From the NCBI GenBank assembly GCA_973895155.1, contig OZ316898.1, forward strand, positions 9,886,286 through 9,950,285: a stretch of 64,000 nucleotides of DNA, given 5' to 3'. A program made the position numbers and the translations under genes. The DNA is from Marsupella aquatica (lineage: Eukaryota; Plantae; Marchantiophyta). Below, one piece after another: positions 51,092-63,100 of the stretch (position 1 is the first letter of the stretch; every line of letters starts with the position of its first letter). A model generated the notes under the pieces. The model saw only the letters and a list, made by a program, of their open reading frames with translations. It did no database searches and was not told the DNA's origin.

Positions 51092-52134
51092 CGTCAATCT
51101 CTCCTTTCCTCTGCCTACTCCACTACACTGCACTCCACTACAGCACACCACACCAACCGATCGAGACCGCCTCTACATTGACCACAATCAATGTCCGATC
51201 TCAAGCTTCCACGCTTAAAACCCACCACGAGCGATCGATCGCTCCTTCAACAGATCGATCGATTAATCCCACACACCAAAAACCACCCAGCCGATCAAGA
51301 AGCCGTCACCCGCCTACACCTGAGAAATCAACATCGCCCACCCGCACGAAAATCTGAACAATCAATCGACACTCCTGCAGCCGATCTCACCACTCTACTC
51401 TGGTACCAGATCCGATCCGATCTGCTCGCTCGGCGGAACTCAGTGCGTAATCAGAGCGGAAGAACTCGGAGCGAGAGGTCCGAAGCGAGGCAAGGAATCA
51501 TCGGAGCCAGCTCTCGCTTCATCATTTTCTTTGTAGGCGGCTGCGCTCCGTTGGGGACTTAGGGGGAGCTGATTATTGAATGAATGGGGAGGGAGAGAGA
51601 GAGGGAGGGAGAGAGAGGGGGAGGCAGGGACGAACGAGGAAAGGGAGGGAAATTTGGCAGATCGGATCTGCGAGCTCGAAATCGAAAGGTGCGTCTGGCC
51701 CGGACTTGACCACCTTCTTGTGTGTGCTCAGCAGCCGCACAATGTATGTCCGAGAGAAGACAGATAGACTCCTGAAAACTGGCAGATCCAGCGTTTTTCT
51801 TGATGGCGAAAAGCCGCCAAGTTTCGCGTCATTTTAATAGAGTTTTTCGTAAAGTGAGACAACCATCATTTTCCTTCCAATTCAGGGTGAGTTAAAGTTT
51901 GAACCTGGCCTCAATAGTGCTGTCTCAAAGTTTTGATAAAGGAATGGTCATACCTTTTTCGCAAGGTTAAGTTAAAGTCATTTTTATTTATTTTCTGTCG
52001 CCAGCCCCTAGAGACACTACCCATCCTTACGGCAAAAGGTTATAGATTATGAATTTCATAGTTTGTAACGTTGGTGTTCATACCCGGGGACTAGGGAGTT
52101 AATGTCCACCAAATTGTCAGCTTTGAGAGGCGCT

Positions 52135-52765
52135 AATGACTCATGTTTAGAATTCCAATTCAGGGTGAGTTGACGTTCAATCCTAGCCTCAACCAACTCA
52201 CATTGAGAAGAGAGTGAGTTAACATTTAAACCCAGCCTCAACGACTCATGTTTAAAACTCCAATTCAGGGAGAGTCAACTTTGAACAAGGCATCAATGAC
52301 TCACATTTAGAATTCCAATTGAGGGTGAGTTAATGTTTGAACCCAGCCTCAGCGATTCATGTTTAGAATTCTTATCCAAGGTGAGTTAAACACGTGAACC
52401 CAGCCAAAACAAATCACGTTTAGAATTCCAGTTCAGAGTGCGGGAATGGTTGAACCTAGCCTCAACCACTCACGTTCTGAGTTTAGAATTCCAATTTAGG
52501 GTAGGTTAACAACCGAATCCAGCCTCAACCACCCACTTTAGAATTTAGAATTCATATTCAGTGTGAGTTAACATTCAAACCTAGCCTCAACAATTCATGA
52601 TTAGAATTCCAACTCAAGGTGAGATAACAATCAAACCTAGCCTCAACAATTCATGTTTTATAGTTCCAACTTAAGGGAGTTAACATTCAAACCCAGCATC
52701 AACTACTCATGTTTAGAATTCCAACTCAGGGTGAGTTAACATTCAAATCCAGCAATGTTTAGAAT
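52135..52765. repeat. minisatellite, ~58-bp unit, ~11 diverged copies (plus an isolated copy at ~51875-51915)
   Basis: Consensus approx ACTCATGTTTAGAATTCCAA(T/C)TCAGGGTGAGTTAACATTCAAACC(T/C)AGCCTCAAC, head to tail with no unique spacers. Confidence 0.9.
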
Positions 52766-53569
52766 ACAAGATCAAACCACAAAAACTCCTCCCAGACAAT
52801 TTCCTAAACCCTGCTAGAGAACTCTTTGGTAAATCACTCTCAATTCAGTGATTAAGTTTTGTGAGGGGGTGATTTACAGTTTTTGGGTTTTCATGGTTCT
52901 TTCCATCAGGTTCATTTAAGTATACTGTACCACCTTCATTATTTTTCTCCTCGATAAAAGTACATTTGAATTTTAGCATTATTAATATTCTCTACTTTTA
53001 CGAACACAAGTGTATGAAGGTATCGGTCCAGGAGCAAAATAATGAAGGGCTTGCGAATGATACAGGGACGTTTTCAAAAACTTTTACTGACTTATTTGAA
53101 TATCAACGTTCCAGATTAACCGCACACAGATCTAACTGTCATGATTAGTACCGTACGAAACTTTTTGTATCCGGGGCTTCTCAATTCGCAAACGTGCCAC
53201 CTGTCCTTACAGGAGGAAACCACTCGCGGGGGGGCAGGGGAGGGAGGGCAGTAGAGGGCAGTAGTTGTAGGGGAAACAGCCGGTTCGGTGTGCGGGCAGT
53301 ACAGTAAATATTAACAGGACCGGGAAAGGGGCAGGGAAAAAGGTACGGGCAGGGTGGAGACGGTGGTGGGCGCACGCAAAACGCTAGATTCTGTCTTCTC
53401 TCGGATGCTTGCTCTGTGCCTCCTGCCAGCCGGGCAACATTTTGAAAAAGTCTCTCCCGAGTACAGCGTAATTTTGTCTCTTATTCTCCAGGGTGGCGAC
53501 CATCTCCTTGTGTAAAAGGGTAAACGCCATGGCGCTGTCTTCCCCATCCCCTAACAAAACATGATGACA

Positions 53570-54105
53570 TTGTGTTTGAATATGGAAATTTTGGGTCTCG
53601 TGATGGATTAGACATTTAAACTTGAAGACAATGTCTAATTAACATAATGTCCGAGGGTTGTGTTTGGGCTGGAGCCTTATCATTTTTAAGATCTTTTCTT
53701 ACTCTCCATAGTGGCAATGTCACCTTGTAGGGGAAAAGGCCATCGTAGAGTCCCCCCCCCCCCCCCTCTTTAACACAGGACCATGGTGTTGTGTTGTGTC
53801 GGAAGTGGAAACTTTTGGGTCTGGTGATGAATGAATTAGACATTTTGAATTTGAATACTATATTTACTTGACACAATGTGTGAGCGTGTTTGAGCTGGCT
53901 GTTGTCAGTTTTAATATCTTCGTGGTGGAAAATGTCCCCTTGTATGAAGAGGAAAATGCCATGGCTGCCCTCCCAACACATTGCCATGGAGTTTGTGTGA
54001 ATGTGGAAGTTTTTGGGTCTCTCAACCAAAAAGTCATTTGACCATGAAGTCAACACAATGTTTATTTAACATGATGTCCGGGCGTTGTGTTTGAGCTAGA
54101 TGTTG
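53570..54105. repeat. diverged ~200-220-bp tandem repeat (~2.5 copies)
   Basis: GGAA..TTTTGGGTCT recurs at ~53584, 53807 and 54005, each followed by a (T)GTGTTTG(G/A)GCT-type block. Confidence 0.7.
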
Positions 54106-55176
54106 TGTTCAAGTTTTGACCCTATACTGTTCTACATTGAACACAAAGGTACAAATTTATTAATCATATGACTATGACAATATTTGACCACAAGGTCTAT
54201 TTTCTAACACACCACCATGCAAGTAAAAAATACTAAACATATAGTCAAAACTCAAATACAAGGGTCCAGGTGAAATATTCAAATAGAGAGCCATGTGGCC
54301 CACTATTCAAAATAGAAGCCCAATCAGGGAAAGACTTTTCTTTAACTAACTTTCCTAGATTATTTTCTGACTGTCAGATCTCCATAGCTTTACAGATAAC
54401 TGTCACATTTCACATTTGGCTAGTGGGTCCTGATGTGAGAGTGGCTACTGGAAGACAAAATATGTATCCATGTTTTGCCAGAAGTGGCAAAGACTTTTAG
54501 GAGAGTTGTGTCCTCAAGCTCCGTGAAACATTTTAAAATCATTTTTTCATTTCAGAAATTATTGCAATATCTAACATGATGGTCCCATCGATTCAGCCTT
54601 TGAACCACAGCACCTTTGACACCGTCACTAGTCTATAGCTTTCTCATTCCAAAAACATTTCCACAACTAAGTTTGACCTTCCATATCTCCCTCTAACAGA
54701 ATTGGCTACTATATTTGGGAGTGCTTTGGAAAGATCATTGCACCCAGTCTAATCACTAGTTTTTTTTTCACTTTCACTTCTCTGTCAATGTAGCTAATTG
54801 GTTTGGGTTTGTTAGAAACTTACTGGAAAGATCTTATTTATTTAACTCTCCTGTTACCATTGATTTATTCTAAAAATAAACTAAACATTTGGAAGATCAG
54901 TGTTTACTCTAACATATTTAGAACATCCTTAAAAATTTTGCATGACGAAAGATTTCGTCAGTCTGACCTAAAACTTTAGTAATTGTATATTTTTAGCACA
55001 CACCGAGATGGCACTGCAGGCAGTTTGCCAGGTACCCAAACTAGAGGGCGCGCCAATCAGGAAACAAGAACGGAAAAGCGTTCGTAAAAATAATAATATA
55101 ATACAATTTCACACGTCGAGGCCACGCTCCAAGAACGCCGACCGGTACGGGACCCGTATAGTCCTCTACTGTACCA

Positions 55177-55221
55177 GACCGAAACCGAACCAAACTGAAC
55201 CGAACCGAACCGAACCGAACC
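55177..55221. repeat. (GAACC)n microsatellite
   Basis: GACCGAAACCGAACCAAACTGAACCGAACCGAACCGAACCGAACC. Confidence 0.9.
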
Positions 55222-55692
55222 AATGGACGGACTACCCTCTGACAATTTCACGACTCTGACGGGTCCCCGTCCTTTCTGTTCCGTCCCCCGCCCCCGTCCC
55301 CGGTCCATGGAGAAACAGGTACAGTTAGTACACGGGCCCTGTCCCCCACCAATAATGGCCCCATCGTTTCTTGTCCGTCAAGGTTGGGCGCGGGAATCCC
55401 CACCCTGAATAGCGCCCGTGGGGGCGGACTAGTCCCGCTGGCCAGTGCCACCAAACTCTCCGTCTGGTGCCTGTCGGTCGGTGCGATCCTTATTCATATT
55501 TTGGCGGGGGAGCCAAAGTGGCGACCGCTCGTAGTCGTGAGTCGTGACTATTGGGCGTCTATCTACCGTCAGATCGCCTGACTTCTGGCAAATGAGAAAC
55601 AGCCTCGTGTTTGTATTATTTGGCCAATGACTTGGTTTTTCGTTTCTTTGAGTTGCGTTTTTTGTTTTGAGTTTGTATACAGGAAAGTCGAG

Positions 55693-56570
55693 TTTACAGG
55701 GCATTGTATTTCATAATAATGCCCAAACAAATGAGAGCTTCAGTTTGAGTTATGAAGGGTTGTTATTTGTCCATATTGCCATGATACGAAGACCTTAGTA
55801 CATTAAAAGATTCAAGGGATTTTTACTTTTACTAATTTTAATATATGTGAAAGAGAAATCTCATAGTGAGTGGATGCAGATCTTGACTGTGCATTTTTTT
55901 TCCATAAATGCCCTGAAAATTACAACGAGAATAATGACAAGGGCACCAAGAAGCCTGGTTAGATATGAGGATGCCCCAAAATGAAGGCTGTAGTCTAACT
56001 TTGAAGGGACATTGTGACCCAAAAAATGTCCTTAATTACAATGTAACTTAAGTAAAAACTTGAGTAAATTCTTGAAAAAAAATCAAATAAAATCAGTGAA
56101 ATTAAAGCAATACAATAATGTGGAAAGAAAGACCAAGAAGTTAACATGCCACCATTTTAGGCCATGTAAACTTCAGCAAATTTAGGTTTTGTTTCACATG
56201 GTACAAGTCTTGGACTTTGAGTTTCATATGCCTAATTTGATGGGTCATTGCATAATGTCCTCCCTAAAGCAAGGTGTGTATTGTTGAAATGAAATTGCCT
56301 AAAAAATACAATGCCAAGACTCACAAAGTCTTTGGTATACAGTTAAGTTCTGTTTTTACAGGGCATTGTGGGACATAATGCCATGCAGAACAAGAGCTTC
56401 CGCTCAAGTTTTTTGAGGAGCTATTATTGCTAATAATGTGTGGTAAGACGACTTAAGAGATTTTTAATTTTACTCAGTTTAGTACAAATATAGGCGAGAA
56501 CTTTCAAAATCAGGTAGTTGAAATCTTTGCTGTGCATCCTTCTCAATAAATGCCCTGAAATTACAAAGAG
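55693..56570. repeat. diverged ~230-bp direct repeat, ~660 bp apart
   Basis: TTTACAGGGCATTGT...ATAATGCC...GAGCTTC and ATAAATGCCCTGAAA(A)TTACAA occur at ~55693-55930 and ~56355-56570. Confidence 0.7.
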
Positions 56571-58054
56571 AAAGGTCACAAAGTGCATTACATAAATAAG
56601 ATTACAACTACAAAAACCATGGAATGGTGCAATTGTTGTGTAGAGAGTCGTCTCATCCCCCTGTCCATTATTCTACTGGGACTCAGGCATTCTATATCCT
56701 TTGTTAGGCCAAGGCGGATTGGTTCTAAGGGATTAGCCAAATCCCTGGTTGCTACCAGAAATGCAGTTTACCCCAGAGCTCGACAAAGGACTTTTCAGTT
56801 TGTGCATGGCTCAGTAGGGCTTTAGTTCTTTTGCCATCTGGACTCTTGGACTTTGTGGCTATTGAGCTTTTTGCATCTTTGGTTTCTTGGTAATTCTTCA
56901 GTTGTTTCCTCCCTTTATTAAGTGTTTGACCTTGGACTCCTATCTCCCAATAAGGCACTTTTTGCTCTATGGCAAAGAATACCAAAAACACAATTCAAAG
57001 AAAGGCCATAAGAGTAAATCAAAGCATCAAATGGAGTGCAAAGAGAGGAACAACTATCTTGCAATCTACGGCTCTTTGAATGGATCCTAAGTCAAGTTAG
57101 TCTTTGCCGGTTTCTTTGTCTGAGTTAATAGCTGGTGAGTAATCATAGGGTTTGATTTGGGGTTTGATGAACAGATATTGCCCTGATGTCATGTCGAGGG
57201 ACAGTGCCGCTTGTGCACATCGGCATGTCCCTCGCATGCCCGCTAGGTATGGTTAGGGCTAGTGTACTACCTGAGTTAGCGACATGTTCTTGTAGCAAGT
57301 CTGGGCCGTTCTTGAAGCAAATGTGCTTGTTAGTGTGACGCCAGGACTTTACTTGCTTAGGGCATGTCTTTCTTTGTGGGTTTTTCAGTTCTTCTTGAAT
57401 CGCTGTGAGACAGAGTTTTTCAGAGGCTGCTCGTCGGTTCCGTACACGGAATTCACACAGTGATTCGTTAGATGCTCCCGGCCGATCTTGGCATCTCGCC
57501 GGTTTTCGATTCGATTTCAGTACATTTGTTTCTATCACGCCTTTTTATTCAAGAAGAACTGCCGAGTTAGCGGTGAGGAGAAGAAGATTGCTCGTGGCAA
57601 TTTCGACAATTTCTGGTGAAGCCATTGCAATTTCTTCGACGGACATTGGAGTGACGAGTTAAAAGTTATGGGCTTATTGTGGTGTTATGTGTATACATAA
57701 CAAGGGGCCCGGATTTTTCTTTCCCTGCCGCAACCTGTTTCGCAACTTGCTGTTGTCGACTGCTGCATCGACGCGACTGCACCCGCGCTCGCATTTTTAA
57801 CAACCTCTTTGGGGTCGTTTTTGCATTCCCGGCCACGGCTGCCAGCGAGTTTGCCTCGGCCACCTCGCGACTACCTCGCGCCCCTATTACATCCTTATGT
57901 TCTCGGCCATGCGCCTCCCCTCGGCACTTTTCCCCTTCCTGGCATCTCATTTTCCGATGCCGCTGCCAGTTTCCTGCCGTTGCCATTAAAGCAGGGGAGG
58001 GGAGTTCAATTCGAACTCCCTCACTCGGGAGTAGATTTTCGCCCCAGACCAAGG

Positions 58055-58445
58055 CTGCAAGGCAGGAGCGCAAGGAGAGGGCCCGGGGCCCTATGCTGCA
58101 TTAAAAGGAGGAGAGGGAGTACATTCGACTCCCTCCTCTTGGGAGTCACACTTCTGCCAGGCACAAGGCCCCATTCAGCATAAAGAGGGGGAGGAGTTGA
58201 AGCGAGACTGCAAGAGGAGAGGGCACAAGGCCCCATTCAGCATAAAGAGGGGGAGGAGTTGAAGCGAGACTGCAAGAGGAGAGGGCACAAGGCCCTATGA
58301 AGCATTAAAGGGGGAGGGGAGGGGAGTACATACGACTCCTTCCCTCAGGAGTCCATCTACCAGGGCACAAGGCCCACAGAAGCCTTTAAGGAGGGGAGAG
58401 GGAGCTCGTAGCTTCCCTTTGAGAGCTCATAAAGAGGGGGTGGCG
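58055..58445 (+). repeat. purine-rich tandem repeats in the retroelement LTR/leader
   Basis: 62-bp unit GGCACAAGGCCCCATTCAGCATAAAGAGGGGGAGGAGTTGAAGCGAGACTGCAAGAGGAGAG x2 exact (58160-58283), with diverged flanking copies. Confidence 0.9.
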
Positions 58446-59067
58446 CAAAGCCCTATCCAGGGCTCGAGCACTTAAGGTCTGTTTTGCTTTTCCCTCGCCT
58501 TGAGTCCCATTTACTGCTTTCTGACTTGCCTGGCTCTTTGCGATCTGCATAGGGAAACGACCTGCACAGACCCGTTTTTCCATTTTCCGACCCCAGATGC
58601 CGCGACCTGCAACCCGTGGGTTGTAGCCGGCAAGGCGTCGACCTGCCTCAAATGCCGCGCGAGAACCTCCCTCCGACTGCATAGGGCACCGTGCCTGAGT
58701 GTGTATACACACTCGCTCGGTTGCCGGTCCCCACCTGATTTTCCTTTTCCGTCGATGCGCGCCTTCCGCCCGTTCCCGGGTCCACATCGGGCCCGATGCA
58801 TATAATTACGGGGGGTCCCGATGTATACACTTCAGGGGGGTCCATTTCACTATATTTTTTTCACTGCCGCTGACATTCGGCCTTCCCGGGCATTTGGTAG
58901 CCGCCGGTAATCCACATAGGGCTACACGCCCGGGTATACACATTGAGGCCACGGCATTTCTGCCTCAAGCCGTTTGCTTCATTGTGGGTTAATTTTTTAG
59001 CCTTGGGCCTGCCATTTATTTTTCTTGTCAGTTTCTTTCCCATCGGCACCCCAGGTGAGCATGCAGC

Positions 59068-62000
59068 ATGTCAGCAGAGGAGCCCAGTTGTAGCAGCACA
59101 TCGCCACCGACACCCAGGTACCACTTACAGAGTGATCCACGACCGTTGGTGCCCATTTCATTGGAGTCTCGGCAATTTCGACGACGTCAGCAGACATCAG
59201 CAGCACCCACACCACGTAACCCTTCTGCTACATTTGGCGGTCGCTTCACCACTACCCCGAAGCCTACTATCACTTCCTTGCCATTTACCCCTTCTGCATC
59301 AGTGGTTGTTCCAGCTTCACCGACATACAGCATGGATGCTAGTCACTCATCTGGCCGCATTGAGCGCTTCAGCGGGCGGCCAGGCACTGTCTCTTTACGT
59401 GAGTTCAAATCCACTTTCTACACTGTCGTTTACGAATTGGAGTTGAAGTATGGCAGCAATTTCACAAATGCTTTTGCATTTAAGCAGCTAGCCAGGTATG
59501 TGCACCATGAGGCGTTGGATGTGTATGAGCAGCACTCTCAATGGCTGCTTGCTGTCACACAGTTGCCTAACCCTACCTATGCCAGTGCAATTACGGCAGC
59601 CTCACAATTGGCCTTACAGAATGCCATTGCAGCCCATGCTGCTGCTCCTGCCACTTCCCCTCCTACTCCAGTTCCCACCACTGCGCCAGTTACTCCCACT
59701 GTCTTGGCACAGGCTACATCAGGCATTTCTCCCACCATTGATTCCCCTGCCTTTGCTGATCCAGTGGCTGAGTTTTTCCACGTTCTTGAATTGGAATTCC
59801 CAATCAAGAGTGCTGATAAAATCATGCAGTTGGCCACCTTTGTGAGGCAGCGCGATGAAACATTGAAGATGATGTATCGCCGGCTTCTCAAGCTGAAGGA
59901 GGACACCCAGAGCATCACTGACCTGGAAGCTGCTCATCGCTATCTTCGCGCATTGGAGGGCACACCAGCTCTCCATTCGCAAGTGTTGCAGCAAGTATTC
60001 TCAGAGTTTGGCGACAGCTACACCCTACTCAATGTCTATGATACTGCTGAGAAACTTGAGTTGGCCCATGCACATTATGAGGCCAGTATTGCGCGTCCAC
60101 CGCGATCCAGGTACCAGGCTGCTGCTCCTACAATGGCCACCCCGTCTCGTGTGCCACAGTATGCTTCCAAGACCAAACCAGCACATGCTGCTTTCATGCT
60201 GCCATCTTGCAACTACTATGGCAATCCTAATCACAAGGCTAATGAATGTGATATTGTTGCTGAGGACCTGTCTTGTGATTTTTGCGGGAAAGTGGGCCAC
60301 TTGGAGGCAGTTTGTTTTGCCAAATTCCCAGAGCGGAAGCAGCTACGACAACAGGCCACTCATCCTGCTCCTGTTTCCACTCCCCCACCAGCTAGGAGGG
60401 CTCCTACTGCATCAGTTGCTCCTCCTTCCAGTGGCAAAGCACCCGGTGCTAACAAATTGCCCAAGCAGCCACAGAAGCAACCAGCTCAGAAGGAGGCTCA
60501 CAACGCACAGGCAACTCAACTCCAGTCTCTGACTCATGAGGTTGAGTCCTTACGTGCCCAACTTGCCAACATCAAAGGCAAGTCCACTGCCTCTGCTGGT
60601 CCTTCTCAACCGGCTCGTCACGTGCAACCCATCCCTGGCCCAGGCACCGCTGACAATTCAGCACCTCTCCCCCGCTCTTTCTATGGCTTACCATTTGATG
60701 CTCATATGGATGAGTGTGTGCTGTCCTCTGCTCCACAGCCTGGCCTTACAGCAGAATTTTCAGATTCATTCTGCCCTTCCTATTTTGCTTACCAGCAGGC
60801 CAGTGCTGCCTCCCGTATTGCTCCCACACGCCGCATTGTACAGGCTGATGGTCTTGCTGCCGGTCCTCTGACTAGAGCCAGGGGCGCTCGGGCTGTCATG
60901 CCCCAATCTTTTCAGCCACTCACACTTGCTGAAGAGCGCACCTTGTTGGCGAGGGGGGAGGGAGCTGCAGCTACATCCATTCCACCACCAGGTGCTGCTG
61001 ACATTTCACAGGGAGTTGTTTCTCCTGAGCTGCTTGAGCATTTCACCTCCGGTATGGCACAAAGGATTCTTACAACTCCACTTTTCAGTTGCCATGATTT
61101 ACAGCTGGATGCTAGAGCTGTCATCAGACCGCTAGAGGGCTCACTGCATTCTTCATCAGCCCCTGTGACACCGGTTTTGGAGGTCCAATCTCATGTACAT
61201 ACTGGACCTTTTTCTTCTCCTTTACATGTTCCCATTGGTTTGGCTACCCCAATACCGATTGCTGCTGATTGTGTGACCAGAGCTACACTTGATTCTGGTC
61301 ATGCTGCTCCATCTTTCCTGGCTATGTTGTTGAGTGGAAAGACCGTGGACACTAACTCCCTTCACAAGGTACCTCATCATTTGCCAAGAGTGGTGCCTAG
61401 TGACAGGACTTCAGTTTCCACCACCATTGCCATTGTTGACAACAGGAATTCAGTGGTCAAGTTGGAGGGTCACACTCCTCAGGTGGTCATGCTAGACACA
61501 GGTGCTCAACCAGTGATATTGGGCATTCAATTTGCCAAGAAGATGGGACTGCTGACTGATCATTTACAGCAATCCAAGTGGCACATTCGGACTGCTAGTG
61601 GCACTGTGGAGGATGTGTTGGGTGAGAGTTCTACTTTACTCACTCTCACTTTTAATGGAGGTACAGATCAGGAACTGCATTTCCCAGTCAGATGTTTGGT
61701 TACCAATGCCACTACGTATGATGTGCTCATTGGCCAGGAGGCTTTGTTCCCACCAGGTTTTACCATTGACAACTGGCATGAGCATGCATACTACAGAGTT
61801 GATTGGCATACGGATGGCTCACACTTGGGCTATATTTCACTTGATTTGCATGGTGCCCATACTCCTATGGCTCACCACTGTGTGTTGAAAGCAGTGCACA
61901 CAGCTACCTATGTCAACCACCCATTGCAGGATTGGATTGAGGAGGATGATGATGAGGTGGCTACTACACATGCTGCTGCATGTATAGCAGCACTTTCCAG

Positions 62001-62094
62001 CAACGTGGATCATCAACCAGAGGTGGTACAACGGCTCCAAGCAGCCCATGGACCTTTGATGGCTGCATTGCACAAATTTGAGGACCTTGGGTAG
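59068..62094 (+). CDS. retrotransposon Gag-protease (1008 aa open frame)
   Basis: Gag-like start RIERFSG..VSLREF and MHR-like QRDETLKMMYRRL. Zinc knuckles CNYYGNPNHKANEC (one Cys lost) and CDFCGKVGHLEAVC (~60208-60315). Aspartic protease VMLDTGA (DTG 61495-61503) and YDVLIG. Confidence 0.88.
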   Translation: MSAEEPSCSSTSPPTPRYHLQSDPRPLVPISLESRQFRRRQQTSAAPTPRNPSATFGGRFTTTPKPTITSLPFTPSASVVVPASPTYSMDASHSSGRIERFSGRPGTVSLREFKSTFYTVVYELELKYGSNFTNAFAFKQLARYVHHEALDVYEQHSQWLLAVTQLPNPTYASAITAASQLALQNAIAAHAAAPATSPPTPVPTTAPVTPTVLAQATSGISPTIDSPAFADPVAEFFHVLELEFPIKSADKIMQLATFVRQRDETLKMMYRRLLKLKEDTQSITDLEAAHRYLRALEGTPALHSQVLQQVFSEFGDSYTLLNVYDTAEKLELAHAHYEASIARPPRSRYQAAAPTMATPSRVPQYASKTKPAHAAFMLPSCNYYGNPNHKANECDIVAEDLSCDFCGKVGHLEAVCFAKFPERKQLRQQATHPAPVSTPPPARRAPTASVAPPSSGKAPGANKLPKQPQKQPAQKEAHNAQATQLQSLTHEVESLRAQLANIKGKSTASAGPSQPARHVQPIPGPGTADNSAPLPRSFYGLPFDAHMDECVLSSAPQPGLTAEFSDSFCPSYFAYQQASAASRIAPTRRIVQADGLAAGPLTRARGARAVMPQSFQPLTLAEERTLLARGEGAAATSIPPPGAADISQGVVSPELLEHFTSGMAQRILTTPLFSCHDLQLDARAVIRPLEGSLHSSSAPVTPVLEVQSHVHTGPFSSPLHVPIGLATPIPIAADCVTRATLDSGHAAPSFLAMLLSGKTVDTNSLHKVPHHLPRVVPSDRTSVSTTIAIVDNRNSVVKLEGHTPQVVMLDTGAQPVILGIQFAKKMGLLTDHLQQSKWHIRTASGTVEDVLGESSTLLTLTFNGGTDQELHFPVRCLVTNATTYDVLIGQEALFPPGFTIDNWHEHAYYRVDWHTDGSHLGYISLDLHGAHTPMAHHCVLKAVHTATYVNHPLQDWIEEDDDEVATTHAAACIAALSSNVDHQPEVVQRLQAAHGPLMAALHKFEDLG

Positions 62095-62160
62095 CATAAT
62101 GGACAACCAATAGCCCCAATCTTGAGCGCACCAGTTACATGGACTCCTCCTTCAGATGGC

Positions 62161-63100
62161 CTTACATTGCTTGAGCTTTTTGGTGGCATTTCTACAGGCC
62201 TGGAAGCTCTCCTACAGTCTGGCATGGTGGTGAAGCAGTACATCTATGTGGATATTGATCCAGGTGCAAGGCAAGTGGCTGAATCCCGTCTGCTGGAATT
62301 TTCAGAGCGATTTCCTCAGCAGTTTCCACACAGTGCATGGAAGTCTGCATTTTCTTTCTTTCCTCCAGATATCCAGCTTGTCCAGCACCGGCACTTAACC
62401 CTTCTTGGCTCCCTTGATTTGATCATAGCTGGTTGGGAATGCCAAGGGTTTTCAGCTGCTGGTCACGGTGCTGGACTGCATGATTCTCGTTCTGGCCTTT
62501 TCACAGCATTGGTTCAGATTCTCACCTGGGCTCAATCCCTTTATCCTGCTGTTGGTTATATCATTGAGAATACTCCATCTCAGTTTGACCAGCGTCCATA
62601 GGTCAAAGAGGATTTCAGTGTGGTCCAGCACTACTTGGGACCACCCCTTCTCATTGATGCAGTGCATTGTGGTTCTTATGCACATCATCTTCGTAACTTT
62701 TGGACTAACCTTGCACCACCTTCCTTGCTGGAGATGGCTCTTCACCACACATCTAGGGACACTAACCTTACAGTGGACCAGATTTTGGATCCTGACAGTT
62801 CTTGCCAACCAGTTACACGGCAAGAGCCAGCACCTTGGTATCCAACTAATACCATTGGACAACCCCGTGCTGCTTGGCCTACATTTGTGTCCTTTCCAGG
62901 TGCACATGCTTTTCAGGGTGATGGTCCTGGGCTGGTTTATCGACATTCTACCGGTACATGGGATGAACCTAGTCCTGAGGAGAGAGAACGGGCTATGGGC
63001 TTCCAACCCGGTACTACAGGTCACACCAAAATCACCAGGCTGGCCAGGAATGCTTTACTTGGCAGGGTAATGGATCTCAATGCTCTCACTTGGCTTCTGG
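62161..63100 (+). pseudogene. C5-cytosine DNA methyltransferase domain (DNMT3/DRM-like fold, unpermuted motif order) within Pol
   Basis: Motifs in canonical order: I LLELFGGISTG, II YVDID, III DI, IV IIAGWECQGFS (Cys 62440-62442), V DSRSGLF, VI YIIENT, VIII HHLRNFWTNL, IX ERERAMGF, X LLGRVMD. One internal TAG at 62599-62601. Confidence 0.9.

Noticed and set aside
50387-51151. 254-aa single-exon UXS ORF
   Set aside because: The track uses a non-ATG start and reads into the AT-AC intron; the true CDS starts at 51091 and is spliced.
52135-52765. CRISPR-like array
   Set aside because: Units are contiguous and diverged with no unique spacers, there are no cas genes, and the context is eukaryotic. 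It is a minisatellite.
57400-59000. Overlapping 65-167-aa ORFs on both strands
   Set aside because: Expected by chance in GC-rich LTR/leader DNA with tandem repeats; no protein-like motifs.
62122-63100. Bacterial restriction-modification MTase (contamination) or a host DNMT3/DRM gene
   Set aside because: The domain is intronless and in frame between a retroviral-type protease and a gypsy RT, with no PWWP/UBA domains, no DRM-style motif permutation and no partner endonuclease.
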